NCBI RefSeq assembly: GCF_036336025.1
Contig: NZ_JAYKKE010000002.1
Location: 239,364 to 303,363 of the forward strand
Source: Stomatohabitans albus
GTDB lineage: Bacteria > Actinomycetota > Nitriliruptoria > Euzebyales > Euzebyaceae
Direction of reading: 5' to 3'
DNA: 64,000 nt
Made by a program: the position numbers and the translations under genes. The notes below the pieces were generated by a model. The model was not told the DNA's origin. It made no database searches and worked only from the letters and a program-made list of their open reading frames with translations. This document shows, one piece after another, positions 19,346-29,776 of the stretch (the stretch's first letter is position 1; every line of letters begins with the position of its first letter).

Positions 19346-20964
19346 TCTGCATGATTACTGCGGCGATACCACACCGCTGCATCAGAGGCTGGTAGTGACG
19401 GTCGAGTCTGCACTACAAGAACCGTTGGGTCAGGTGTAGCTAAATGCACATTTAAGGCGCTGGTGAGTTCATTCACGTTATTGACACGGTCAGCTCGCAA
19501 CCCAAGTGTTCGTACGAGTGCGGCAATATCTGGTGTTGGAACTTCAGCCGGGAATGATGGTGCGCCGGCCATGGCAAGGTGTGCTCGCAATCGCCCAAAC
19601 CCACCATCGTCAATTACAACTAAGGTGGCCGGTACTTGTTCATTCGTTGTGTTAATAGCAGCTAGGGACGCCAAGACACCAAGGTTGGCCAAAACGCCTT
19701 GCTCACCAGTGATACCAATAATCGGTTGGTCATCCTTAGCGGACCATGCTCCGAGTGCCGCTCCTACCCATGCGGCAACCGCCCAGCGTGTTTGGCCTTC
19801 ACGGGCTGCCATAGCAAGGGAGCGAGGCATCGTCCATTCGTGTAAATCTGCCAGCCACGAGCCCACAAGAGACCAGTCGGCTACAACAAGACCACGGTCG
19901 GGGATAGCCGCTCCGAGTGCGGTAATAAGCTCAATATCCTTGGGATTGGTTTCTTCCAATTGGGCACGACTTGAGCGTCGGATTTCCTCATTACGATTGC
20001 GGACTGCTGCCGTACCACCGCGATAGGTCACGGCGGCAACGAGGGCTTTGGTAACAATTTTTGCGTCGCCACGCAACAGCACGGTTGGGGGATAGGTTGT
20101 GCCACCAACGTCAGGATCAATGTTGATCGCAATCATCTTATTTGGTGCCGGCATTAACCCACCCTGCATTTGGTGATGGTCAAAATCTGACCCAATGGCA
20201 ATAACCAAATCTGCATCATCCCAAAGTTGCCCAACCGCGGGAAGATGCGGCGGAAGACCAACCAGACAAGGATGGCGGGCTGGTAGCAATCCAACCGCCT
20301 GGATCGTCGTGATGACGGGCGCTCCAATACGGTCAGCTAACTCAGCGACCTCTATGCCGGCTTGGGCCCGTAATGCACCACCTCCTGCCCAGATCAGGAC
20401 TCGTTGTGCCTCGTCCACCATTGCCGCAGCTCGGCGTAATTGCACGTGCTCGATACCGCTGTCGCTATGGGTGACCTGAACTTGGTTCTCACCAGCGAGA
20501 CGGTCAGTCGCATCATCTTGTAGCGCCTCGTCATTGACATACCACAGCACCGGGCCGCTGGGCGATGTGGCAGCTTCTTGCAAACAATATCGAAGGTCTT
20601 CAGCAAGGGTTTTACGTTCCTTCGTGTATCGTCCACGCTGTTCCTCAGCGATTGAGGGTTCTTCAGTACAAGACACGATAATCAGGATCGGGGTCTCTGC
20701 CTTGACCGCTTCATCCCAAGGCCCCAGTGCATCTTGGACATCATCGTGACCATCAAGTAGTGCCACACTGGTCCGACCCTTACGACGAGCGGCACCATCG
20801 GCTACACGAAGGACTGATGCAGCATCAGGCATCTTAACGACAGTGATATTCGCTGCTTGGGCCGCAATGTGAAGCGGAGCCGTTCCAAGTGATGCTCTGG
20901 TGGCAATCAGCGTGATTCCGCGCCGAAGGAGTGTGCGTGCAATATGTTGAGCCCCAGTGGTCAT
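19342..20964 (-). CDS. thiamine-diphosphate-dependent enzyme (acetolactate-synthase-like family)
   Basis: About 540 aa with three-domain ThDP enzyme organisation. ThDP-binding motif ...VIDDGGFG... is present. Confidence 0.6.
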   Translation of the reverse strand: MTTGAQHIARTLLRRGITLIATRASLGTAPLHIAAQAANITVVKMPDAASVLRVADGAARRKGRTSVALLDGHDDVQDALGPWDEAVKAETPILIIVSCTEEPSIAEEQRGRYTKERKTLAEDLRYCLQEAATSPSGPVLWYVNDEALQDDATDRLAGENQVQVTHSDSGIEHVQLRRAAAMVDEAQRVLIWAGGGALRAQAGIEVAELADRIGAPVITTIQAVGLLPARHPCLVGLPPHLPAVGQLWDDADLVIAIGSDFDHHQMQGGLMPAPNKMIAINIDPDVGGTTYPPTVLLRGDAKIVTKALVAAVTYRGGTAAVRNRNEEIRRSSRAQLEETNPKDIELITALGAAIPDRGLVVADWSLVGSWLADLHEWTMPRSLAMAAREGQTRWAVAAWVGAALGAWSAKDDQPIIGITGEQGVLANLGVLASLAAINTTNEQVPATLVVIDDGGFGRLRAHLAMAGAPSFPAEVPTPDIAALVRTLGLRADRVNNVNELTSALNVHLATPDPTVLVVQTRPSLPASDAAVWYRRSNHAE

Positions 20965-20970
20965 ATGCCT

Positions 20971-23181
20971 CTACCTACTCGTTTTCTCTTGTATTTGGCT
21001 GTCTTCTATTTCTACCGGCTCTGGGTAGGCAATCCTGGGATGGTAAACACCGACAAGGCTTTGAATCAAAACTTCTTCGACAATTCTTAAATCAGCAAAT
21101 GTGAGCGGAGAATCATCGAGCTGGCCGTCCGTAACTCGATCGGTAATCATTCCAGACACAATTGCCTTGATTTGGTCATGGGTCAACGGTGTTCCACTTT
21201 GGCTGGCTGCACGGGTTGCGCCTTCACAACAGTCACTGAGCATCAAAATCGCCTGTTCCTTTGTAAACGGTTTGATGCCTTGGTACCGGAACTGTTCTTT
21301 ATCTGGGAGTTCTTCCCCGTGCTCTTTCGCATCTTTTGCGGCCACACGATAGAAGTAGGCCACCAGGGTGGTGCCGTGATGGGTGCGGATACCGTCGATA
21401 ATGGCACTCGGAAGTTTGTGCAACGTAGCCATTTCAACCCCGTCTTCCACATGGCGACGAATAATCACGGCACTTTGGAGTGGGTCGTTCAACTCATCGT
21501 GAGGGTTAGATAAGCCAGTTTGGTTCTCAACGAAGAAATAGGGGCGTACCACTTTGCCAATGTCGTGGTACAAGGCCATCACCTCAGCCAACAGTCCATC
21601 GGCACGAATGGCACGAGCACACCGGGCTGACAACATGGCAACCAGCACACTGTGGTTATACGTACCAATCGCCTTTGTTTCCAACTCGCGTAACAGGGTG
21701 TTATTCCGATCGGCGTAATCAAGCAAAATCGTCGCAGTGATGACATCAAAATGGCTTTCAAGAAATGGAAGCAGGCCATTGACCAGCAGGAGCGTTAATA
21801 CGCCACCCGCTACACCCATTCCAGCCGCCAGTTGGACATTTCCTATTCCGTTGGCACCAATCTCGAAGAGCACCGCTGCAATCACATAGGCCACAATGAT
21901 TTTGCCCGTCGCCATACGTAAATCGCCACGTGCACTCAGTCGCCCGACCATCGGAATAGGCAATAATGCGATGAACGCCATAAACGGAACGGTCATCGGA
22001 TTAACCATTCCGCGTAAGGACACCATCGCCAAGAGTGGCACCACCGACAAAATACCAACACGACTGTCAAAGAGAATCGTGATGAGCATGATCGTTGCGG
22101 CAACCGGCAATGCAAACCATTTAATGGGGCCGACCGTCGTCGTGATTTCAGCCACGAACACCATGACTGCCGTCAGGTTGATACAGATAGACAACAACAA
22201 CAGCTTTTGCCCCGATTGCCATACTGATTGGCGGAATGTTTTCAGAAAATACCCACCAGCAATAAGCAAGGACACCATCACAAATAATGCGGTGAAGAAC
22301 TCTGAGTACGGGTCTGTTCCACGCAGTCCAGCCTGGGTTAGTGCTTGCATCTGAACGGGTGTGACAACTTCACCAACTTGAACAATGGTCCCCCCACGGG
22401 GCACCGAGTATTCAACATTTTCAACCTTTGCGGCGGCCTTATTGCGTTCAAGTACTGTGGCGGCTTCATCGACAACAGCAGTTGGACGCGTAGCGGTTGT
22501 AATAATGGGAGTCAATACCTTTGTGGCCACTTTGTATGAGGCCCCTGAGCTTGCCGCCCAGGTAGGAATATCCTCATCTTTGATGCGCTGAATGGTTGAT
22601 TCAGTGATGTCCTTGGTTGCAGCCCGTTGGGCCAACGCAACCGCCAGACTTCGTGTTTGGGCAAGCTGTGCATCACTCATATTGGCGAGCAACTGCCCAC
22701 CTTCGAGGTCAATGGCTTTGACTGCGTCGTCAATACGCATTGACAATTCTTCAGGTGTGATCGACGGCACGGCAGGATCGGTTGAAATGCCTTGCTTAAT
22801 GATGTTACCTACCGTGTTAAAGGTTTCGTTAACCTCTTGAATGATGTTCGCTATCGCCTCATTGTCACGCTTCAGTACAGGTGTGACTTGTTCGCGCGCT
22901 TCATCTTGGAGTCGTTTCGTTTCTTCTTGGTCAATTGCTGAAATGGGAGTCCCAGCTAGGACCGTTCGTGGACTGGGTTCACCCTGAACAATGGGTCGAT
23001 CGGTAATTGAAGCCGCAACGGTAAGCAGTGCGGGAAACAAAAAAACGAAGAGCAAAAGGGCCGATATACGGCTAATGACCTGTTTTTGAGGTGCGATTTC
23101 TCGACTCGATGCGAATGGCAAGTGGTCATCTGTTGAGCCTTCGGATACAGGGGACTCAGGCGATTGGTCGGCTTCGTTCAC
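20971..23181 (-). CDS. PgpH-like 7TM receptor with intracellular HD(HDIG) domain (7TMR-HDED / 7TM / HD)
   Basis: Long extracytoplasmic N-domain, then seven TM helices, then an HD domain with ...YHDIGK... and ...HH... metal ligands. Confidence 0.7.
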   Translation of the reverse strand: MNEADQSPESPVSEGSTDDHLPFASSREIAPQKQVISRISALLLFVFLFPALLTVAASITDRPIVQGEPSPRTVLAGTPISAIDQEETKRLQDEAREQVTPVLKRDNEAIANIIQEVNETFNTVGNIIKQGISTDPAVPSITPEELSMRIDDAVKAIDLEGGQLLANMSDAQLAQTRSLAVALAQRAATKDITESTIQRIKDEDIPTWAASSGASYKVATKVLTPIITTATRPTAVVDEAATVLERNKAAAKVENVEYSVPRGGTIVQVGEVVTPVQMQALTQAGLRGTDPYSEFFTALFVMVSLLIAGGYFLKTFRQSVWQSGQKLLLLSICINLTAVMVFVAEITTTVGPIKWFALPVAATIMLITILFDSRVGILSVVPLLAMVSLRGMVNPMTVPFMAFIALLPIPMVGRLSARGDLRMATGKIIVAYVIAAVLFEIGANGIGNVQLAAGMGVAGGVLTLLLVNGLLPFLESHFDVITATILLDYADRNNTLLRELETKAIGTYNHSVLVAMLSARCARAIRADGLLAEVMALYHDIGKVVRPYFFVENQTGLSNPHDELNDPLQSAVIIRRHVEDGVEMATLHKLPSAIIDGIRTHHGTTLVAYFYRVAAKDAKEHGEELPDKEQFRYQGIKPFTKEQAILMLSDCCEGATRAASQSGTPLTHDQIKAIVSGMITDRVTDGQLDDSPLTFADLRIVEEVLIQSLVGVYHPRIAYPEPVEIEDSQIQEKTSR

Positions 23182-23290
23182 CCATCAAGTGTGCCCGATG
23201 TCAGCCAATTAAGCCACTAGCACATCCGATACGTACAAATATGTCGAGAATAGACCCATTCATTTTGTACGCCCGCTACCCTGTTGAGCT

Positions 23291-25285
23291 GTGATTACGC
23301 TCTCCAATATCAGTAAATCTCACGGCACCCGAACCCTATTTGATGGGGTGCAACTACGTATCAGTGCCGGGGCACGTATTGGAGTTGTAGGGCCAAATGG
23401 TGCCGGCAAATCCACCCTTATACGCATTATTCAAGGTATCGAGCAACCCACTTCAGGTGAAGTTGCCATTGGGCGGTCGGTAACCGTTGGTGTACTTGAA
23501 CAAGATGTTGCCGAATGGGCTGCCCACATGGCGTCTGCAAACGGCGGTATCAATCCCACCCCCAAAGATCTCGTCATGCACGACCACCCAGTCACCGCCT
23601 TACAGGAACAGGTATTGGAATTGAGTGAACAACTTGCAGACCGGTCCGAAGACACGGTTCTGATTGATTCCCTTGGTCGGGTGCAAAGCCAGATTGAAGT
23701 ACTCGGTGGATACGACCTTGACGCACGTGCGAGCCGCATCTTGGCGGGATTGGGGTTCCCACAAGACGCTATGGAACAGCCATTACGCACCCTTAGCGGT
23801 GGGCAGATGATGCGAGTAGCCCTTGGTCGTTTACTCCTCCGAAATCCCAGTGTCCTCCTCCTTGACGAACCGACAAACCACCTCGATTTAGAAAGTGTGG
23901 GATGGCTCCAAGAGTTTTTGATCCGCTACGACGGTGCCATCATGGTTGTCAGCCACGACCGAGACTTTTTGAATGCGACAACAAACCAAATTGTTGAGGT
24001 TCGAGATGGAGAGGTGACCACGTATTCGGGCAATTTTGAAGCCTATGTGGAACAACGTGCACAACGGATTGAGCAACAAGTAGCGGCAAGTAAGTCCCAA
24101 GCCCGCAAACTGGCCGAGGTCGAGCGGTTCATTGAACGATTCCGCTACAAGGCAACAAAAGCACGTCAAGTGCAAAGCCGAGTGAAAATGCTGGACAAGA
24201 TTGAACGCATCGAAGACCCGACCCAAGCAACCAAGACCATGCATCTTTCCTTCGGTGATGCCCCTCGTGCTGGTCGCACAGTTGTGGAGTTAGCTGATGT
24301 ATCCAAGCATTTTGGTGACCATCTTGTCTTGGCGGGGGTCAACCTTTCCCTTGAGCGTGGAGAGAAAGTGGCGCTCGTTGGTCCAAATGGAGCAGGTAAG
24401 TCGACGCTCCTCAATGTATTAGTTGGACAATTAGAAAGTGATACTGGAACACGCACGCTCGGTCACAATGTGACGGTTGCGCACTATACCCAGCACCAGG
24501 TCGATGCACTTGATATGAATAAAACAGCAGTCCAAGAAATTGCTGATGTTGTGGATACCGCAACGGTCAATCCACGTGATGTGCTGGGCGCATTTTTATT
24601 CTCTGGAGAGGATGCCGATAAACGGATCAGCGTGATGAGTGGGGGTGAACGCGCCCGTGTTGCCCTGGCTAAACTCATTGCCCGTCCAGCCAATTTGTTG
24701 TGTATGGACGAACCAACGAACCACTTGGATATGGAAAGTCGGAATGTGATTGAATCCGCATTATTGGCCTATCCAGGTACGGTCGTATTGATTACCCACG
24801 ATCGGCACTTGATTCGATCCGTCGCAGATGTCATCGTGCACGTCCACAACCAAACGGCTCGTAAATACCTTGGGTCGTATGCTGACTGGACCGAAAAAAT
24901 GGGGCTTGATGAACTTGGTCGCCCTATTGAGTCCACCGGTCCGACTTGGGCGAGGACTTCTGTGGATTCCAGCCAGTCGGGAGTACGTGATGCGAAGACA
25001 GAACGCCGGGAAGCCGCCGAGCGACGGCAGCGGATTGCGGCGGCAACAAAGGCTCTTCGGGCACAGTGCATGCAAGCAGAAGAAGACCTTATGGCAGCCG
25101 AGGAACAGCAGCGATTGGTGGAAACGGCGCTGGCCGATCCTACCGTGTATGAGGACTCAACTAGGGTTCAAGAGTTGATGCTGGAACACGCTGCTGTGAA
25201 AGACCGAGTAGCAGAACTCAGCACCCAATGGGAAGACCTAGTCTTGGCAATTGAAGATGCTCAAGCCGAAGCCGCTGAGGGATAG
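23291..25285 (+). CDS. ABC-F family ATPase (Uup/EttA-like, two NBDs plus C-terminal coiled-coil extension)
   Basis: Two Walker A motifs (GPNGAGKST twice). Two LSGGQ/LSGGE signatures. An arm insertion in NBD1, a P-site tRNA interaction motif (PtIM) linker of about 60 aa, and a charged helical C-terminal tail of about 120 aa. GTG start. Confidence 0.85.
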   Translation: MITLSNISKSHGTRTLFDGVQLRISAGARIGVVGPNGAGKSTLIRIIQGIEQPTSGEVAIGRSVTVGVLEQDVAEWAAHMASANGGINPTPKDLVMHDHPVTALQEQVLELSEQLADRSEDTVLIDSLGRVQSQIEVLGGYDLDARASRILAGLGFPQDAMEQPLRTLSGGQMMRVALGRLLLRNPSVLLLDEPTNHLDLESVGWLQEFLIRYDGAIMVVSHDRDFLNATTNQIVEVRDGEVTTYSGNFEAYVEQRAQRIEQQVAASKSQARKLAEVERFIERFRYKATKARQVQSRVKMLDKIERIEDPTQATKTMHLSFGDAPRAGRTVVELADVSKHFGDHLVLAGVNLSLERGEKVALVGPNGAGKSTLLNVLVGQLESDTGTRTLGHNVTVAHYTQHQVDALDMNKTAVQEIADVVDTATVNPRDVLGAFLFSGEDADKRISVMSGGERARVALAKLIARPANLLCMDEPTNHLDMESRNVIESALLAYPGTVVLITHDRHLIRSVADVIVHVHNQTARKYLGSYADWTEKMGLDELGRPIESTGPTWARTSVDSSQSGVRDAKTERREAAERRQRIAAATKALRAQCMQAEEDLMAAEEQQRLVETALADPTVYEDSTRVQELMLEHAAVKDRVAELSTQWEDLVLAIEDAQAEAAEG

Positions 25286-25302
25286 CCTCGAATCGAGTCA
25301 GC

Positions 25303-25632
25303 CTAGGGTTTCAGTGCATTAACCTCTATTTCGCACTCATGCACAAACACACGCTGTGCTTCTACCCGTTTTGGTAAGGATTTTAGTTCAGATTGCACGA
25401 GGAGTATGCGTTGTTGTATTGCCTCAATCGTAGGTTTGACCGAATCATCCAATCGTCGTCGAATGACTGGTGGTACCTCGCTCCCTGACTGATCACGTAA
25501 CATAGCAATCCATTGCGTAAGCCGGGTCTGTTCCTCTTCCAGAATGGATTCATAGCGGTGTAAGTGGTCCAGATCTTCCCTTGCTCGTAACAAAGTGAAG
25601 TAGGCGGCCTCGTATTCTGCTTGTGTACTCAT
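25303..25632 (-). CDS. hypothetical helical protein (109 aa)
   Basis: Clean ORF convergent with the ABC-F gene. No recognisable motifs. Confidence 0.35.
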   Translation of the reverse strand: MSTQAEYEAAYFTLLRAREDLDHLHRYESILEEEQTRLTQWIAMLRDQSGSEVPPVIRRRLDDSVKPTIEAIQQRILLVQSELKSLPKRVEAQRVFVHECEIEVNALKP

Positions 25633-25700
25633 TATCCCTCCAACCCAAACAGCGTTGACTCAACCCTAAGCCGATTGTCAAGTTGAATGAGGAGCCTGTC

Positions 25701-26324
25701 ATGTCCAAACTCACATTTAGTCATGCCCCAATGGGCGGGGGCAAGAGTTTGTCTACGCTCGTTCGCCACCGCCATGCGACAACGCACGATCTCAACTCCA
25801 TCTTGCTGGTTTGTAACCCAAGGGTTGAAGGCGTGGTTAGTAGCCGGGTTGGTATGGAGGCACCCGCAATCGAGATTACGGCTGATACAAACCTGTTTGA
25901 TCTCTTAGCCAAACTCCATGCACAGAACCCCATCTATCACGTCATTGCTGATGAGGCGCACTTTTACACCGCGAAGCAAATCGAAGAACTTGCCCAGGTT
26001 GTTGATGTGTTAGATGTGGATGTCGAGGCCTATGGCTTGTTATCTGATTATCGAACCCGACTCTTTGAAGCGTCGGCCCGACTCGTTGAGCTTGCAGATG
26101 AAATCATTACCCTGCCGACGCGCCCGCTCTGTGCCTGCGGACGAACGGCGACGTTGAATGCCCGTCTTGTTGATGGCCAGATGGTTACTGACGGTGAACA
26201 AATCCTTGTAGGAGACATCAAAGGCAACAAGATTCGTTATGAAGCAGTGTGTCGTCGCTGCCATATCCAAACAAAACCTAAAGTTCAGGCCTCGCTTTTT
26301 ACCGAATCATTAGAAAACAACTAA
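25701..26324 (+). CDS. tdk: thymidine kinase
   Basis: P-loop HAPMGGGKS, and a C-terminal zinc-binding CxxC...CxxC pair (CACGRT...CRRCH). Confidence 0.85.
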   Translation: MSKLTFSHAPMGGGKSLSTLVRHRHATTHDLNSILLVCNPRVEGVVSSRVGMEAPAIEITADTNLFDLLAKLHAQNPIYHVIADEAHFYTAKQIEELAQVVDVLDVDVEAYGLLSDYRTRLFEASARLVELADEIITLPTRPLCACGRTATLNARLVDGQMVTDGEQILVGDIKGNKIRYEAVCRRCHIQTKPKVQASLFTESLENN

Positions 26325-26379
26325 AAATTGACACGATTGTCAAAAATGTGTTGCTAAGGCCTGCTCGGTCAATAGGGTT

Positions 26380-27432
26380 GTGGCCGTGAATGCTGTTGCT
26401 GTGCTGTCTGGTCTAGGGAAAGCGGTCCCTGACCGTATCGTTACCAATGACGATCTCGCCGCGGTTATGGATACCAATGACGAGTGGATCCGGACTCGAA
26501 CCGGAATCCGTGAGCGCCGCTGGGCACAGCCAGGCCAAAGTAGCGACGATCTTGGTGAAACCGCTGCCCGCATGGCCCTTACACACTTCGCGGGATCTGT
26601 TTCGGCAGGTATCGATCGTATTGATACCGTCATCAAGGCCACCTTTACCCCACCATCACGATGCGTCACGGGAGCCGCAACCATTGCATCAAAGCTGGGC
26701 ATTCGCACCCCGTTCGCCTTTGACATTCAGGCGGCTTGTTCTGGTTTTGTTTATGGATCAGCCATAGCCCAAGGGTTAATTGCAGCCGGTATCGCCAAGA
26801 ATGTCTTAGTAATCGGTGCTGAAGTGACGAGTACGAGCATTGCCCCCGATGATCGAGGAACAGCCATCTTGTTCGGTGATGGTGCCGGCGCGGCTATCTA
26901 CACTCCAGGAGAGGTTGACGAACCAGGCGCGCTCGGTCCATTTGATTTACATACCGATGGAACTGCGAGCGATATTTTGGATTGGCGAGGTTCGGATCAG
27001 ATGATGAACCCGGCCTGGCACTTCAATGAACAGGTGAATATCGATCACCATTGGTTTTTACAGATGAATGGTACTCAGGTCTATAAGCGAGCAGTACCGG
27101 CCATGGCCACGAGCACCCAAGCTGCGCTTGACATGCGCGGCTGGTCCATCGATCAGCTTGATCATCTAATTGGCCACCAGGCTAACCAACGTATTCTTCA
27201 TGCGGTCGCCCAACGGCTACACCTGGATCCAGCTAAGGCCTTTACAAATTTGCAGGCGTATGGAAATACATCTGCGGCATCTATTCCTTTAGCCTTGACG
27301 GAGGCGAGTGAACAAGGTGTGCTCAAGGCAGGCGACACCGTTGCCTTAACCGCATTCGGCGCAGGTCTGACCTGGGGCTCGACAACACTTATCTGGCCGG
27401 ACCTCCCTCCAATTCCCGACATATTTTCATAA
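26380..27432 (+). CDS. fabH: beta-ketoacyl-ACP synthase III
   Basis: Active-site Cys context AACSGF, His/Asn in GHQAN.../...GNTSAAS, and the ACP_syn_III C-terminal domain. Confidence 0.85.
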   Translation: MAVNAVAVLSGLGKAVPDRIVTNDDLAAVMDTNDEWIRTRTGIRERRWAQPGQSSDDLGETAARMALTHFAGSVSAGIDRIDTVIKATFTPPSRCVTGAATIASKLGIRTPFAFDIQAACSGFVYGSAIAQGLIAAGIAKNVLVIGAEVTSTSIAPDDRGTAILFGDGAGAAIYTPGEVDEPGALGPFDLHTDGTASDILDWRGSDQMMNPAWHFNEQVNIDHHWFLQMNGTQVYKRAVPAMATSTQAALDMRGWSIDQLDHLIGHQANQRILHAVAQRLHLDPAKAFTNLQAYGNTSAASIPLALTEASEQGVLKAGDTVALTAFGAGLTWGSTTLIWPDLPPIPDIFS

Positions 27433-27457
27433 CGACAACCCAAGAAAAGGAAGAACA

Positions 27458-27694
27458 ATGAGTGCAAATGTCGAACAAGTGATTAACAACCTCCTTGTCG
27501 AAAAATTCGAGATTCCAGCCGAAAACATCACAAACGATGCGACGTTTGAAAGTTTGGACCTTGATAGCTTGGACATCGTCGAGCTGTCAATGAATATCGA
27601 AGATGAATTGGAGGTACACATTACCGAAGAAGAGGCCGCGAAACTGAGCACGGTCGGCGATGTAATCGAACTCCTGAACAGCAAGGTTAACTAA
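27458..27694 (+). CDS. acpP: acyl carrier protein
   Basis: 78 aa, with the DLDSLDIVEL phosphopantetheine attachment motif. Confidence 0.85.
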   Translation: MSANVEQVINNLLVEKFEIPAENITNDATFESLDLDSLDIVELSMNIEDELEVHITEEEAAKLSTVGDVIELLNSKVN

Positions 27695-27696
27695 TT

Positions 27697-28911
27697 ATGA
27701 TGGCCGCTCACGTCACTGGGATGGGGCTGGTTTGTCCAGCCGGTATTGATGTGGCCTCCTCTTGGGACGCCATGCTCGCTGGCGTGGGCAAAGCGTCGCG
27801 TGATCCCAACCTTGAGGGCATCCGTGTTGATTTTTCAGCACGAGTACCTGAGGCCTTTGATGCCGCGGCATTACTTGGACGTCAAGCCCGTAAGTTGGAA
27901 CGGTTTGTCATTTTGGCTCTTGCCTCACTGAAAGAAGCCGTGGCATCAAGCGAACTTGATACCTCTACCTGGGATCCCACGCGTGTTGGTGTCGTGATGG
28001 GCTGTGGTATCGGAGGCGCACCTATCTGGGATGAGCAACACGAAGTCATGCGCGAACGTGGTTCTGACCGTGTGACACCACACCTCATCCCTCGCTTGAT
28101 TTCCAATATGGTCAGCGGCCATATCTCGATGGAACTTGGTTCCACCGGCCCCAACATGGTGACCGCAACCGCATGTGCTTCAGCAACAACCGCGATTGGG
28201 ACTGCACTGGATTTACTCCGGTCCGGTCGTTGTGATGTGGTATTTGCTGGTGGTGCTGAAGCGGCGATCACGCCGCTCAGTGTGGCTGGCTTTGACAATA
28301 TGACAGCACTGAGTCGAAATGGTGCTGATCCTTCAAAAGCCAGTCGTCCATTTGACAAAGATCGTGACGGATTCGTTATCGCAGAAGCTGCTGGCATTTT
28401 GGTGCTTGAAACGCCAGAACATGCGAAGGCACGTGGTGCTACACCACTGGCAAAGATTGCCGGGTACGGCGCGAGTGCTGATGCTTTTCACACCACAGCA
28501 CCACACCCCGAAGGCGTGGGTGCAGCCCAGGCAGTTAAGGCAGCATTGGCTGACGCGGGACTCACTCCAGAAGACATCCAGCATGTCAATGCACATGGCA
28601 CTTCAACGCCGCTCAATGATAAGGCGGAGAGTTTGATGATTGCTCAGACCCTTGGCGACCATGTTGCGGTCACATCTTCTAAAGGGGTGACCGGTCATAG
28701 TCTTGGTGCGGCTGGAGCGGTTGAGGCCATTTTGACGGTAAAGGCAATTACCGAAGGGGTTGTACCCCATACGGCCAACTGTGAACAGCTTGACCCGGAA
28801 GTTGCGTGTGATGTGGTGACTGGCGCTCCTCGCGAGGTAGAGATTCGCGCAGCTTTGTCCAATAGTTTTGGATTTGGTGGGCAAAACGCGGTACTGGCAA
28901 TCACACAATAA
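27697..28911 (+). CDS. fabF: beta-ketoacyl-ACP synthase II
   Basis: KAS I/II fold. Active-site Cys in ATACASA. HGTST and GHSLGAAG motifs. Confidence 0.85.
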   Translation: MMAAHVTGMGLVCPAGIDVASSWDAMLAGVGKASRDPNLEGIRVDFSARVPEAFDAAALLGRQARKLERFVILALASLKEAVASSELDTSTWDPTRVGVVMGCGIGGAPIWDEQHEVMRERGSDRVTPHLIPRLISNMVSGHISMELGSTGPNMVTATACASATTAIGTALDLLRSGRCDVVFAGGAEAAITPLSVAGFDNMTALSRNGADPSKASRPFDKDRDGFVIAEAAGILVLETPEHAKARGATPLAKIAGYGASADAFHTTAPHPEGVGAAQAVKAALADAGLTPEDIQHVNAHGTSTPLNDKAESLMIAQTLGDHVAVTSSKGVTGHSLGAAGAVEAILTVKAITEGVVPHTANCEQLDPEVACDVVTGAPREVEIRAALSNSFGFGGQNAVLAITQ

Positions 28912-28940
28912 CAACAGGATTTGACAGAAGGTTAGGTGCC

Positions 28941-29723
28941 ATGGGCACAATTCCACAATTACTTGCGGGCCGCCGTGTGCTGGTAACCGGGGTGCTCAAT
29001 GAAGATTCCATCGCATTTGCGGTCGCAAAGAACGCACAGTTGATGGGCGCTGATGTCATCCTCACGGGTGCTGGACGGGCCAAGCGATTAACTGAGTTGA
29101 CCGCCAAACGATTGCCTGAACAAGCGCCGGTCCTTGAGATGGATGTGACTAATGATGAGCAAATCGAGGCCACAGTCGCCGACGTCGATGCGCGTTGGGG
29201 CCGACTTGACGGGTTAGTCCACGCCATTGCCTTTGGGCCATCAACGACTATCGGTGGTGAATTTGTCGGCGTCCCGTTTGAAGACGTCTCAAAGGCTATT
29301 CACATCTCCACCTGGTCCTTTGCGCGACTCGGGGAGGCGTTTAGGGACTTGTTGCGTGCCTCAGATGCAGCTTCCTATGTTGGCCTTACCTTTGACGCCT
29401 CTATCGCCTGGCCTGGCTACAACTGGATGGGGGTGTGTAAGGCCGGTCTAGAAAGCGCAAATCGGTATGTGGCTCGTGACTTCGGACCAGACGGTATTCG
29501 TGTCAATCTGGTTTCTGCGGGGCCCTTACGCACGGTTGCCGCGAAAAGCGTAGGTGGATTTGATGCCCTGCAACAGCATTTCGTGGCACGAGCACCGATG
29601 CACTGGGACTTAAAGGATCCGGATCCAACCGGTAAAGTCGTTTGTTCATTATTGTCACCTATGATGCCTTGTGTGACGGGTGAAATTGTTCACTGTGACA
29701 GTGGGTTCCATGCTGTTGCCTAG
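28941..29723 (+). CDS. fabI: enoyl-ACP reductase (NADH), FabI-type SDR
   Basis: N-terminal Rossmann motif (RVLVTGV...), Y-x6-K catalytic spacing, and FabI-like overall length and order. Confidence 0.75.
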   Translation: MGTIPQLLAGRRVLVTGVLNEDSIAFAVAKNAQLMGADVILTGAGRAKRLTELTAKRLPEQAPVLEMDVTNDEQIEATVADVDARWGRLDGLVHAIAFGPSTTIGGEFVGVPFEDVSKAIHISTWSFARLGEAFRDLLRASDAASYVGLTFDASIAWPGYNWMGVCKAGLESANRYVARDFGPDGIRVNLVSAGPLRTVAAKSVGGFDALQQHFVARAPMHWDLKDPDPTGKVVCSLLSPMMPCVTGEIVHCDSGFHAVA

Positions 29724-29750
29724 GGCGTATCTATCTAGGGCGTATCTATA
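29721..29750. repeat. perfect 15-bp tandem duplication (TAGGGCGTATCTATC / TAGGGCGTATCTATA) beginning at the fabI stop codon
   Basis: Direct reading of the sequence at 29721-29750. Confidence 0.7.
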
Positions 29751-29753
29751 GAG

Positions 29754-29776
29754 AAAAGGGCCGATGGCCCTTTTTT
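29754..29776. terminator. rho-independent terminator after fabI (bidirectional-capable)
   Basis: AAAA-GGGCC-GAT-GGCCC-TTTTTT. Confidence 0.65.
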
